This document shows positions 44,927 through 54,241 of a stretch of 64,000 bases of DNA, one piece after another; position 1 is the stretch's first letter, and the number at the start of each line of letters is the position of its first letter. A program made the position numbers and the translations under genes. Below the pieces are notes generated by a model, which was not told the DNA's origin, did not search any database, and saw only the letters and a program-made list of their open reading frames with translations. The DNA is taken from assembly GCA_964529745.1 (NCBI GenBank), contig CAZGZR010000003.1, positions 1,420 to 65,419 on the forward strand. Reading direction: 5' to 3'. Origin of the DNA: an uncultured Candidatus Bathyarchaeia archaeon. GTDB lineage: Archaea > Thermoproteota > Bathyarchaeia > TCS64.

Positions 44927-46369
44927 CTAGATGACCTCCTCCATGCTCCCGGAGAGCCGGTCAAGGTAGACGAGGGCCTCCGGGCGGAGCTCATCCCTCC
45001 TGGCTTCGAGGTACTCCTTGAGCCGGTTGCCCAGCCGGACGGTCTCGTGGATCCCCGCGTCCTCGATGATCCCGTCGATCTCCTCTTGGCTTCTATGCTC
45101 CACGGGCCAGTCGTCTGCGTTGCAGAGGCGCACGGCCGCCACGGCGGCGTTGGCAACGCACTCGCGCATGGCGCGGAGGTTCGCCTTGTCCACGGTGTCG
45201 AACTTGGTGTGCCCGAAGCCCCTGCCCCCTCGTCTCTGCGCCTCCTCGGGGTCCCCCATGGTGGCGGTGGGTATACCCTCCAGGAGGAAGGGCCAGTGGT
45301 CGCTGTATGGGCCGACGCGGCTGTAGAGAGGCAGGTCCACGCCTATGTCGGCTATGATCTCCTTGAAGAACGGGTCTAGCTCCGGCCAGCCGTGGACGCA
45401 GAAGCCCTGGCGGCCGGCGCGGCCCGCGGCGTCGAAGTTGAGCATGAACCTTATCTTGGGCATAAGCTCGGGGTGGTCCCTGACGTAGGCCCTGCTGCCG
45501 TGGAGCCCTATCTCCTCTGCGCCGAACAGGATGAACCTCATGTTCCTCTTGAGTCTGCCCCTCTCCTTCGCCAGGATGCGGGCGATCTCCATGACGACGG
45601 CGGCGCCGGTGGCGTCATCCAGCGCCCCGACGGCTATGTCGTGGCCCTCGTAGTGGGCCCCGTATACGATCCACTCGTCTGTGCCTCCTGCGCCGGGGAG
45701 GTCGGCTACCACGTTCCACGTGTCCACGTCAAGGTTCCTGCACTTGGTCTCCAGCCGCAGCCTCACCCGTCCCTTATCTAGGAGGCGGGCCAGGTACATT
45801 CCGTCCTCGTAGCTGACGCCTATAGCCGGTACTATGGGGCTTATGCCTCCGGTGGGCGGCCCGTAGGCCGGGTAGTGGTTCATGAATATCCATCCGACGG
45901 CGCCGGCCATGACGCTTCTCTGGTACTTCTCGCTGCGATGGAGGTACCGAGTCATGCCCTCTGGGTTGCCGCTGTTAACCATGACTATCTTGCCCTCGAT
46001 CTCGTCACGCATCTCCTCGTACACACCGAGAGGCCCGGGGCCTAGATATACTAGCTCGGCCTCGACTTTTCCCTCACAGCTCATGGGTAACGCGATGCAG
46101 TCTATCTTCTTCCCCTTGGGCTCAAGAACCTCTAGGCTGCTGCCACCGCGTATCCAGCCCGGGATGGTGAACTTCTCCAGATGGACGTCCTCCAAGCCGT
46201 ACCCGTTGAGCTTTTCCGCCATGTACTCGCAGCTCTCCAGATCCTTGCCGCTGCCCGGCCACCTGCTGTCGTACTCGTCGCACAGCTTGGTCACGGTCTC
46301 CAGGGTCCGGGTGCTGCTGTACGCCTCGCCGAGTATCCTCTTATCTAGCTCAAGATAGGGTCCTGACAT
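44927..46369 (-). CDS. M28 family metallopeptidase with PA domain (paralogue of 41643-43085)
   Basis: GAHYEGH, GALDDATG, GAEEIGL.GS, SDHWPF, GHT..DT.DK. Confidence 0.92.
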   Translation of the reverse strand: MSGPYLELDKRILGEAYSSTRTLETVTKLCDEYDSRWPGSGKDLESCEYMAEKLNGYGLEDVHLEKFTIPGWIRGGSSLEVLEPKGKKIDCIALPMSCEGKVEAELVYLGPGPLGVYEEMRDEIEGKIVMVNSGNPEGMTRYLHRSEKYQRSVMAGAVGWIFMNHYPAYGPPTGGISPIVPAIGVSYEDGMYLARLLDKGRVRLRLETKCRNLDVDTWNVVADLPGAGGTDEWIVYGAHYEGHDIAVGALDDATGAAVVMEIARILAKERGRLKRNMRFILFGAEEIGLHGSRAYVRDHPELMPKIRFMLNFDAAGRAGRQGFCVHGWPELDPFFKEIIADIGVDLPLYSRVGPYSDHWPFLLEGIPTATMGDPEEAQRRGGRGFGHTKFDTVDKANLRAMRECVANAAVAAVRLCNADDWPVEHRSQEEIDGIIEDAGIHETVRLGNRLKEYLEARRDELRPEALVYLDRLSGSMEEVI

Positions 46370-46413
46370 CGTTATCGAGTACATCTGGACGTGGAGAGTA
46401 GAAATGGTTTGGG

Positions 46414-47073
46414 CTAGCCTGCAGGGGAAAACAGGTTAACGGCCATGTACAAGACGTACGGGACAAACGCTATGATGAACGCCCTCCTTCTGCCTATCTG
46501 GTAGTTCTCTTCCACGGCGTACGTGATGTAGATGAGGGCGGCTAACCCGAACACGGTGAACAGGTTTGTGCCTATGACAGCCCTGAGGACGCTGTTCTCG
46601 ATGTCCCTGTTGGCCACGAAGTACCCGGCCAGCTGGCTGGGCGACGATATGAACGAGTCCACGAGCCTAACCAGATAGTTAAGCACATGGGGTGTGGCGG
46701 CGAAGCCATGCATGGCAAAGAACCTCCTCATGTTCCCGCCGCCCCCCGTGAGCGTCGCGATAACGTGCATGAGTAGCGTAGAGGCCGCGAAACCGACCAG
46801 TATGCTGACGGCCACCCCCATGCCGGCGAACATCCCCATGCTGCCGCCTAGCTGGGAGGCGTCCACGCCGGCCTGGCCGAGCTGGGGCACCAACACCTCC
46901 AACGGTATCTTGGACATGTAGGTGGACGCCGACACGGCGGCGAGCACCACCATCAATAACACCATTAGGAGACCCCTCGTTAGGTCTCTCTCAGACACGT
47001 ACCGGAAGGTCTCCTGGGGCCTCCTGAGCACCCCGGCGACCAGTTCAACGAATCCTTTTCTCTCTTCACTCAT
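46414..47073 (-). CDS. Yip1 family membrane protein
   Basis: VLRRPQETF N-terminus, 5 TMs, GG.G..R motif; downstream of the ABC permease. Confidence 0.8.
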   Translation of the reverse strand: MSEERKGFVELVAGVLRRPQETFRYVSERDLTRGLLMVLLMVVLAAVSASTYMSKIPLEVLVPQLGQAGVDASQLGGSMGMFAGMGVAVSILVGFAASTLLMHVIATLTGGGGNMRRFFAMHGFAATPHVLNYLVRLVDSFISSPSQLAGYFVANRDIENSVLRAVIGTNLFTVFGLAALIYITYAVEENYQIGRRRAFIIAFVPYVLYMAVNLFSPAG

Positions 47074-48259
47074 GTCTCAAAGCCTCCACTGGGTTGAGGT
47101 TTGACGCCCTCCACGCCGGGTAGAGCCCCGACAATATGGACGTCACCCCGGCGAAGCCCACAACGAACATCCCCAAGGTGAGGGATGGCGTCACCGATAA
47201 GTCGATGAAGTTGCCTATCACCGAACCGAGGAGGAAACCGAATGCTGCTCCTATGGCGCCACCCACGACGCCTGTTACCATGGCCTCGCTAAGGAACATG
47301 AACAACACGTCCCCGCTCTTGGCGCCCACCGCCTTCAGGGTCCCTATCTCCCTCGTCCTCTCCATGACTGAAACCGTCATGGTGTTTATAATCCCGACGC
47401 CCGCCACCAGCAGAGATATGCCGGCTATGCCACCGAGCACCGACTGGATGGTGCCCAGCACCGAGCCCACTGTCTCCATGGCGGACTCCGGGGAGACCAC
47501 GGTTACCCTGTCCCCGAGCCTCTCCTCTATTCCGTCCACGGCCGCGTCCACGTCGTCGATGGTAGCGGCTTTGGCTATCACGAAATCGAACTCGCCGCCC
47601 ACCTCGTAGAACTGCTGGGCAGTCTGAAGCGGCATGGCTATACTGTTGTCGAGGTTGAACCCGAAGCTGCTGCCCTGCCCCTCTAGAATACCTATGACTC
47701 TCAGGGTGAGCTCCTTCTCTGCGTCGTTAACGGTGGACTCTATCTTGATCCTGTCCCCCAGGTCGATGAGCCTCTCGTCGACGTCCAAGGGCTTCGCTAT
47801 GTTGGCGCCTATGACAACGACAGCCGAGTCTCCGCGGACAAAGTTCCGGCCCTCCTCGATTACCGTGTTCTTGTTGATCTCGGCGTACTCCTCGGTGACC
47901 CCATAGACGTCCGTGTAGTAGCTCCTTCCCTTGACGGTGAAGCTGCAGTACTTATTGGCAATGATGGGGGTCGCCGCCTCGACCTTGGGGCTCCTCTCGA
48001 TGATATCCAGCTCCCTCCAGTCGAGGGTGTCAGCCACGATCCCTTGACCTTGACGAACCTCGCCAGGGATGACTATAATGTTGGTGGGCCCAAAGACCTC
48101 GAGCTGCCCGGTGACGTTATCTGTGAGTCCCTGGGTGACCGAGACGAGGCCCGTCACCGCTGCGCAGCCTATAAGTATGCCAACTAGGTTGAGAGCGAAA
48201 CGGAACTTGCGCTCCCTAACCCCCTGAGTGGACATGATAATGATGTCAAGGGGGTTCAC
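47066..48259 (-). CDS. MacB/FtsX-like ABC permease
   Basis: IGCAAV, ISLLVAGVGIINTM.VSV.ERTREIG.LKAVGA, GLYPAWRAS.LNPVEALR. Confidence 0.94.
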   Translation of the reverse strand: MNPLDIIIMSTQGVRERKFRFALNLVGILIGCAAVTGLVSVTQGLTDNVTGQLEVFGPTNIIVIPGEVRQGQGIVADTLDWRELDIIERSPKVEAATPIIANKYCSFTVKGRSYYTDVYGVTEEYAEINKNTVIEEGRNFVRGDSAVVVIGANIAKPLDVDERLIDLGDRIKIESTVNDAEKELTLRVIGILEGQGSSFGFNLDNSIAMPLQTAQQFYEVGGEFDFVIAKAATIDDVDAAVDGIEERLGDRVTVVSPESAMETVGSVLGTIQSVLGGIAGISLLVAGVGIINTMTVSVMERTREIGTLKAVGAKSGDVLFMFLSEAMVTGVVGGAIGAAFGFLLGSVIGNFIDLSVTPSLTLGMFVVGFAGVTSILSGLYPAWRASNLNPVEALRHE

Positions 48260-48269
48260 ATACTCACTC

Positions 48270-49808
48270 TCACGGGCCCAGCCCTAGGAGCCTGCGTATC
48301 CAGATCCAGAGTCCTGAGGGGGCGGTGTCCTGTCCCGGCTGCGGGGCGTCTCCGCCGACTCTCATAGTTAGCCCCAGTTGCTCCTCGTGCTCCCTATTCA
48401 GATGGTCCCTATACTCAATGCTGAGGCTCAGCTCATGGTCGCCCTCCTCCGCGTCCTCGGCCACCTTGTAGTTAATGTCGAAGGGTATGGGACTGTCTGG
48501 GTCCACGGCGCCGATGTACTCGGTGCTGCCAGCCACACGCTTGAAGACGTCGTCCTCGACTAAGTCTATGCTCACGAACTCAACGCTTTCAGTCCCGATG
48601 AGGAGGAGGTCTGCCTCAAGCTCCTTGGTCTCCCCACGCCTCACAGTCTCGGTGGGAGTGTCTATGAGATCGAAGTCTATGAGCCCCTCAACCATGATCG
48701 TCAGGGTCTCGGTGAGGCTCCCCGATACGCCCCGGGAGGTCATGTACGTCAAGGTCGCCGTGACGGGGTACTGCCCAGCGGCTATGTCGCCCGACGCGAG
48801 GAGCCGGTAATTAGCTACTGCCGTGCCGCCAGCGTTCAAGTCTCCGAGGCTGCTCGTGGTTGGGCTCAGAGGCGATATCGATGTGACCGCCCCGAAGCTC
48901 AGCTTGCTAAGAAGCTCGTAGGCGTCGGCCCCGCTGCACTGAACTTCCAACTGGACGTCGAATTCGTCTCCCGGCCTCACGCGCTCCTGAAGCACCTCCA
49001 TGCGTTTCAGCGTGATGATGGTGGCCTTGGCTGCCGCCGCTGAGTCTACGTTCACAGGCAGGCTAAATGACTGGTAGTACCTATTGTCCTCGACATCGGT
49101 ATAAGATACCGTGGCCGTCAACGTATAGACGCCTAGGGGGGTGCCCTCAAGTATGCTAAGCACAGGCTCCAAGGCAACTGGTTCCCCCTCATTCAACTCT
49201 TCTAGGTTTATGACCTGTCCGTCAATGATCGATATATAACTAGATATGGAGCTAAGCGTGAACTCTAGGTCGTATAGGGTCTCGTCCCAGTTATTAGTGA
49301 AAACGTAGGTCATCTGGTTTTCTGTCCCAGACTTTGCTCTCACGCTCCCCTGCTCAGTTGTACTTTTTATCTTGGGTGTGTAGCTCTGGTCAACGATCAC
49401 GCCGATGGGCACAATGATGGTTGCGGGGGTCGGTATCAACGCCAAGTACTTTATGTAAGACACGGTGAGGGTGAGACTGTAAGCCCCCAGAGCAGTATCC
49501 TGGTTGACATATACCGTCGCCTCATATCTCTTTTTACTACCGTCTCCAATCCTAGTGAACGCCTTTTGGGCGTTCTGGATGACGTTTAGCTCTGGTCTGG
49601 TAGAGGAGAGGATGGCCTGTATGTCGGTGATTTCATAGTCGCCTGTATTCTTCAGCTCGATGGTTATGGTGTTTTCCTGTCCTGCCATAAAGTAGACGCC
49701 TTCAGTCGAAACCTCTAAAACAGCCGCGTTCGCGGCCGAGGCGTGTGGTAACTGGATGGCTAATAGCATAGCCAGTGTCAATACGAATAGTTTCTTTCTG
49801 TTCATCAC
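48270..49808 (-). CDS. COG1361-type S-layer/Ig-like domain surface protein
   Basis: Signal peptide, repeated beta-sandwich units with G.Y.L...VSY, YIG.VDPDS.IPF; typical ATPase-COG1361-permease operon. Confidence 0.8.
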   Translation of the reverse strand: MMNRKKLFVLTLAMLLAIQLPHASAANAAVLEVSTEGVYFMAGQENTITIELKNTGDYEITDIQAILSSTRPELNVIQNAQKAFTRIGDGSKKRYEATVYVNQDTALGAYSLTLTVSYIKYLALIPTPATIIVPIGVIVDQSYTPKIKSTTEQGSVRAKSGTENQMTYVFTNNWDETLYDLEFTLSSISSYISIIDGQVINLEELNEGEPVALEPVLSILEGTPLGVYTLTATVSYTDVEDNRYYQSFSLPVNVDSAAAAKATIITLKRMEVLQERVRPGDEFDVQLEVQCSGADAYELLSKLSFGAVTSISPLSPTTSSLGDLNAGGTAVANYRLLASGDIAAGQYPVTATLTYMTSRGVSGSLTETLTIMVEGLIDFDLIDTPTETVRRGETKELEADLLLIGTESVEFVSIDLVEDDVFKRVAGSTEYIGAVDPDSPIPFDINYKVAEDAEEGDHELSLSIEYRDHLNREHEEQLGLTMRVGGDAPQPGQDTAPSGLWIWIRRLLGLGP

Positions 49809-50506
49809 ATGATCAGATCCTTGAAGCTTTTGTCACCCACTATGACGCCGTCCCTTAGCTGTATGAGGCGGTCAGTGTTCTGGCCCACCATGGCGTCGTG
49901 GGTGATGAGTATGAAGGTCTTACCCTCCTCCTTGTTGAGCGTCCTGAGCAGATGCATTATCTCGTCCCCAGTCGCGGAGTCCAGGTTGCCGGTGAGCTCG
50001 TCGGCGAGTATAAGGTTCGGCTCGTTGGCGAGGGCCCTGGCGATGGCTACGCGCTGCTGCTCGCCTCCGCTTAGCTGGCTCGGCTTGTGGTCGGCCCTTT
50101 CGTCGAGCCCCACAAGCTCGAGTAGGTGGTGAGCCCTCTTGTGCCGCTCACCTCTCGACATCCCCGCGATGGCCATGGGCAGCTCCACATTGCCGAGGGC
50201 GTCCATCCTTGGGATTAGGTTGAAGAACTGGAATATGAACCCGATCTCCCTGTTCCTGAGTTCCGCCACCTGATTGTCGTTGAGCTTCGAGAGGTCCACG
50301 CCGTTTATGTAGACTTTGCCCGACGTCGGCCTGTCCAGCGCCCCTATCATGTTGAGGAGGGTGCTCTTTCCGCTGCCGCTGGGGCCCATGACGGCCGTGA
50401 ACTCTCCGGGCTCCACGGTTAAGCAGATGCCCTTGAGAACCTCAAGCGGCCTGCCTCCCTGCATGTAGGTCTTCACGAGGTCGACGGTCTCTATCAGATG
50501 CGTCAT
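49805..50506 (-). CDS. ABC ATPase (LolD/MacB-like)
   Basis: GPSGSGKST, IGFIFQFFNL, LSGGEQQRVAIARAL, LADE.TGNLD, ITHD. Confidence 0.95.
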   Translation of the reverse strand: MTHLIETVDLVKTYMQGGRPLEVLKGICLTVEPGEFTAVMGPSGSGKSTLLNMIGALDRPTSGKVYINGVDLSKLNDNQVAELRNREIGFIFQFFNLIPRMDALGNVELPMAIAGMSRGERHKRAHHLLELVGLDERADHKPSQLSGGEQQRVAIARALANEPNLILADELTGNLDSATGDEIMHLLRTLNKEEGKTFILITHDAMVGQNTDRLIQLRDGVIVGDKSFKDLIM

Positions 50507-51042
50507 CGTGTGCCCTCCAGCAGCTCATCGACTAGCGCGAGTCTATGCTCCGTCATATCCCGTACCTTATTAAGGAAGCTCTTCTTCACGTCGGCGTCTA
50601 TGTTGCTGTAGAACTGGGTTAGCATCCTCTTGGTCATGTCCTCGTCCTTGTCTACGACGAGGCTCATCAGTCTGAGGGCGCCTTGCTTCATCTCCTCGGA
50701 CATCCACTTGAAGAGGACTGCCAGGTAGTTGACGGTGAAGCCGAGGGAGTCCGCAATGTGGGTCTCCAGCTGGGGGAAGAGGTTTTTCCCCTTCTCCGTT
50801 ATGTGGTAGTACTCGGTTCCGTCTCTCTCCACGGTCTCCACGAAGCCCTTCCTCGCCAGGCTCTTGAGGGCCGGGTAGACTGTGCCTGTCTTGGGCTCCC
50901 ACACGCCTTCGAACTCTTCCTTGAGGGTCTTGAGCATCTCGTAGCCGTACTTGGGGCCGCCGTCGAGCTGTATCATGAGCAGAACCTGGAGTGGGCTCAC
51001 GGGCATCCTGACGGGGGTCCTGCTGCTTATGCTCAACGCCAT
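50503..51042 (-). CDS. PadR family transcriptional regulator
   Basis: PKYGYE, W.PKTGT.YPAL..L...G.V, YY.IT.KG. Confidence 0.92.
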   Translation of the reverse strand: MALSISSRTPVRMPVSPLQVLLMIQLDGGPKYGYEMLKTLKEEFEGVWEPKTGTVYPALKSLARKGFVETVERDGTEYYHITEKGKNLFPQLETHIADSLGFTVNYLAVLFKWMSEEMKQGALRLMSLVVDKDEDMTKRMLTQFYSNIDADVKKSFLNKVRDMTEHRLALVDELLEGTR

Positions 51043-51052
51043 TGGGTTGACC

Positions 51053-51084
51053 TCTACCTAGTAGGTTTCTTCTATCTTGGAGGT
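51053..51084. promoter_or_regulatory. Putative PadR autoregulatory operator
   Basis: Palindrome ACCTA-G-TAGGT (51056-51066). TCTACCTAGTAGGT and TCTATCTTGGAGGT form an 11/14 direct repeat between a TTAAAAA TATA-like box (51092-51098, minus) and the padR start. Confidence 0.5.
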
Positions 51085-51246
51085 GGTCTCCTTTTTAAGG
51101 GTTACCGCTCGGAGGTTTTAAACGGTTTTTCAGGTTTACTACAGAATCTGATCAGAATCTTGGCATCACTGGGGACTCGGACGTGGCGTGCCTGTGTACC
51201 CGACACGAATATAAATGGATGCGTCACCCTCGATGATGGATAACTG

Positions 51247-52116
51247 ATGAGCGTCCTCGTCTTCACCGACAACCCGAGCACCGGCGAGACTCAGTTGGTA
51301 CGCCGAGAGCTTTTAGATAGGGGTATAGACACAGACTACAAGGCGCCGTGGGACATATCGCTGCCGGACTACCGCCCAGAATATGACTTGGTCTATGTGC
51401 CCAGCAACATGCTTCACAGGGGCACCACCTTCGAGCTGCTGCACAGGCTCCTGATACTGAGGAGGCTGGACGAGGCCGCCATTGTGATCAACCCCTTGGA
51501 GAGCATGCTTCACTACTCGAAGGAGCATCTCACGCTGCAGCTCGGCAGGCTTGGGCTGCCTCATCCTGAGACCTTGATCACGGAGAACGTAGAGGAGGCA
51601 TATGGTTTCGCCGAGCGGCTGCTGGGAGAGGATCGGGAGGTGGTCCTTAAGCCTATCTGTCTGGCGAGGGGGGTCGGCGTGATGAAGCTGAGCAGGATAA
51701 GGAGCCGCGCGGACCTCCTCCAGTTCTTGGTCTGGTATACCCGCAGCCACGGCGAGGGTGTGTTCTATCTGCAGGAGTATATACCCAACCAGGGCTACGA
51801 CATTAGGCTCTTCGTCATAGACGGCGAGGTTGTGGGCAGGGAGAAACGGTCGAATCCCGAGGACTTCAGGTACAACGTCGCCGTAGGGGCCTCGGCGGAG
51901 CCGTTCACGGACACCGTTTACGACGAGCTGGCCGTGAAGGTGGCTGCTGCCGTGGGGCTGAAGATCACGGGGCTGGACGTGCTGCCCCGGGACGACGGCG
52001 AGCCCTTCGTGCTTGAGGCCAACTGCTTCCCGGGCTACAAGGCGCTCATGGAGACGACTGGTATACAGATCCACGAGCTCATAGTGGACTACTTCGAAAG
52101 CTTGATCCGGGGCTAG
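51247..52116 (+). CDS. RimK/LysX/CofF-family ATP-grasp ligase
   Basis: GLP.PET, VVLKP....RG.GV, YLQEYI....DIR.FV, DFR.N...G, GLDV, LEAN..PG. Confidence 0.9.
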   Translation: MSVLVFTDNPSTGETQLVRRELLDRGIDTDYKAPWDISLPDYRPEYDLVYVPSNMLHRGTTFELLHRLLILRRLDEAAIVINPLESMLHYSKEHLTLQLGRLGLPHPETLITENVEEAYGFAERLLGEDREVVLKPICLARGVGVMKLSRIRSRADLLQFLVWYTRSHGEGVFYLQEYIPNQGYDIRLFVIDGEVVGREKRSNPEDFRYNVAVGASAEPFTDTVYDELAVKVAAAVGLKITGLDVLPRDDGEPFVLEANCFPGYKALMETTGIQIHELIVDYFESLIRG

Positions 52117-52160
52117 GGATAATCTTAAACACGCCTTTAGCCTGGTTTCTTTGAGGATAC

Positions 52161-52574
52161 ATGCCGTTTTGCACTAATTGTGGGTCCGAGATCGAGGGCC
52201 ATCACAAATTCTGCCCCAGCTGCGGGGCCCCAACCGAGCAGACTCCTGCCTCCGGAGGAGAGGCGACTGCGCCCAAGAAAGGCGTACTCGGAGACATCGA
52301 CAGAGAAGACATCGAGGAGGGTGTCGAGAGAGGAGTAGAAGCCGCCAAGAAGGGGCTCGGAGCAGCGTTCAGGCTCGCCCGAAGGGGCATCAAGCAGGGA
52401 GCCGAGTTAGCCGGTAAAGGGATAGACGCGGCTAAGGAAACCATCGAGGAGCGGAGGCCGGATAGGCAAGACGCTGAGCCGGAGACTCAGGGCCAAAAGG
52501 TCTGCCCCCAGTGCGGCCAGCCCATTACAGGCACAGGCAAGTTCTGCAACCACTGCGGCCACAAACTAGAGTAG
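52161..52574 (+). CDS. Double zinc-ribbon protein with amphipathic helical core
   Basis: FCTNCG...KFCPSCG at the N-terminus, CPQCG...KFCNHCG at the C-terminus. Confidence 0.8.
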   Translation: MPFCTNCGSEIEGHHKFCPSCGAPTEQTPASGGEATAPKKGVLGDIDREDIEEGVERGVEAAKKGLGAAFRLARRGIKQGAELAGKGIDAAKETIEERRPDRQDAEPETQGQKVCPQCGQPITGTGKFCNHCGHKLE

Positions 52575-52577
52575 CCC

Positions 52578-53672
52578 TCACTTTCTTCTCGGCAAGTGCC
52601 TCCTCTCGTAGTAGTAGAGCCCCTGCAGCGTGACAAACTGGTACGCCGCCGTCACGATGGTCGAGAACTGCTCTATATAGAAGAGGACCACGTTGAGCAC
52701 CAGGAGGGACACGAGGAGCGCCACCGACCCGAGCTCCAGCCCTTGCCTGTCCATCCCCAAGAAGATCATGATGGCGCTCAGCGCGAGGGCTAGCCCTACC
52801 GCGCCGTCGAGCACGAGATGCATCTGGGCCCAGAACTGGTCGACCCCCGAGGCTGATGGAACTTCGGATAGTATGGCTGCTAAATATTCTCCCCTCTGGG
52901 AGGGGTCGCCCGCAAACGTGTTGTACTCGAGGAACCTAATGAAGCTCGGCGTCCCCAGGATTACTAGGCTCGCCACGAGGAACACCTTGACCCTCCGCTG
53001 GTTCAGGTACTTCTCCTCAACGCCGTTGCAGAACATTATCATGTTGTCAAAGATATTGGGCTTCTCCGGCGCCACGTGAAGGCTGTCAGACTCGATGAAG
53101 TCCATGAGCTCGACTGCGAGGCTTCTAAGGCCGGAGTCGCTTGTCTTGTCGAGTATCCTTTGGAGCCTGAGGCGCATGTCCTCGTGCTCATCAGGCTCCA
53201 AGCTGTGGTCGAGCACCTCTCCGAGGGTGTCCAGCACAGCGTAGAGCTCCCCCCTGGCGTCCGTCTTTGGCTCCTTGGAGAGCTTCAGGTAGAGAAGCGC
53301 CGTCAGTAGGAAGAACGCGTATATTATGGGTGCTGCTGCAGGGTAGAAGTAGTCGTTGGCCTGGGTGATGAACTTGCCCACCTCGTCGATGAATAGGCCG
53401 ATGCCTAATCCGGAGAGAAGCGCGCTCCAGGTGAGGGCCCACTTGTTTGCGTAGATGAGGGGCAGCAGGCTTGCCGCGAACAGGAAGACCCCGCCGTAGA
53501 GGACGTGGGCGATGTGCAGGGTCTTGTTACCGAGCTGGGGGTAGCCCGCGAGCTCAAGGAACAGCCTGGTGAGGGATACGCTTGCTGCGAAGCTCAGCAG
53601 CGTTATCTGGAGGTAGGATTCGGCTCTGGTGCGTTGGACGGGTTCCCAGATGCGGCTCACTACGTGGCTCAT
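52578..53672 (-). CDS. Hypothetical integral membrane protein
   Basis: TRLFLEL.GYPQLG...LHIAH.LYGG, GLFIDEVGKFIT..NDYFYP.AA.IIY. Confidence 0.8.
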   Translation of the reverse strand: MSHVVSRIWEPVQRTRAESYLQITLLSFAASVSLTRLFLELAGYPQLGNKTLHIAHVLYGGVFLFAASLLPLIYANKWALTWSALLSGLGIGLFIDEVGKFITQANDYFYPAAAPIIYAFFLLTALLYLKLSKEPKTDARGELYAVLDTLGEVLDHSLEPDEHEDMRLRLQRILDKTSDSGLRSLAVELMDFIESDSLHVAPEKPNIFDNMIMFCNGVEEKYLNQRRVKVFLVASLVILGTPSFIRFLEYNTFAGDPSQRGEYLAAILSEVPSASGVDQFWAQMHLVLDGAVGLALALSAIMIFLGMDRQGLELGSVALLVSLLVLNVVLFYIEQFSTIVTAAYQFVTLQGLYYYERRHLPRRK

Positions 53673-53735
53673 GAATAGATGTATCGCTAGAGTAACGATA
53701 AATGTGTTCTGGCGGGGCCCGAGGGAAGGCGGGGC

Positions 53736-54134
53736 TTATCTGCGCTCGGCCTTGTCCACGTCGATGAGGACGACGATGCATGCGTTCACCATTACGACGC
53801 CGTGGGTCCTCGCCTCCTCCGCCGTAGCCTCGACGGGGAACTCTAGGCCCCCCTTCACCACCGTTATCCTTCTCTTGCCCTCGGGGAGGACGCCCAGCAC
53901 GGCTTCCCCGTCCACCTTCCTCGGGTTGGGGGCGGCGACGGTGACGTCCACCATGAGGGCCTCCTCTAGCTCGGGGAAGCTCCCGAACTCGAATAGGCCG
54001 CCGAGGCCCACCATGCTGCTGTGGCTGATGGCGTCCTTCACAGCTCGCTGCGCGGCCTTGGTCTCGTCCATGCCGTGGAGGTCTATGCCCGTCCCCACCT
54101 CCAGCAGGTATCTCCTGTAGTCCATTTCGATCAA
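53736..54134 (-). CDS. Lin0512 family protein
   Basis: LE.GTG.DLHG.D.TKAA.RAV.DAI.HS; V...LP.G...I.V..GGL. Confidence 0.88.
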   Translation of the reverse strand: MIEMDYRRYLLEVGTGIDLHGMDETKAAQRAVKDAISHSSMVGLGGLFEFGSFPELEEALMVDVTVAAPNPRKVDGEAVLGVLPEGKRRITVVKGGLEFPVEATAEEARTHGVVMVNACIVVLIDVDKAERR

Positions 54135-54241
54135 GGGGGTATCGCGGGCACACCTTTAAAGCCTGCCGCGGCGGGGAACAGTTAAAAGAGTGGTATCAGT
54201 CTTTCTTCAAAACAACGTGAACGATAGCTGGTGAGCCGTGT

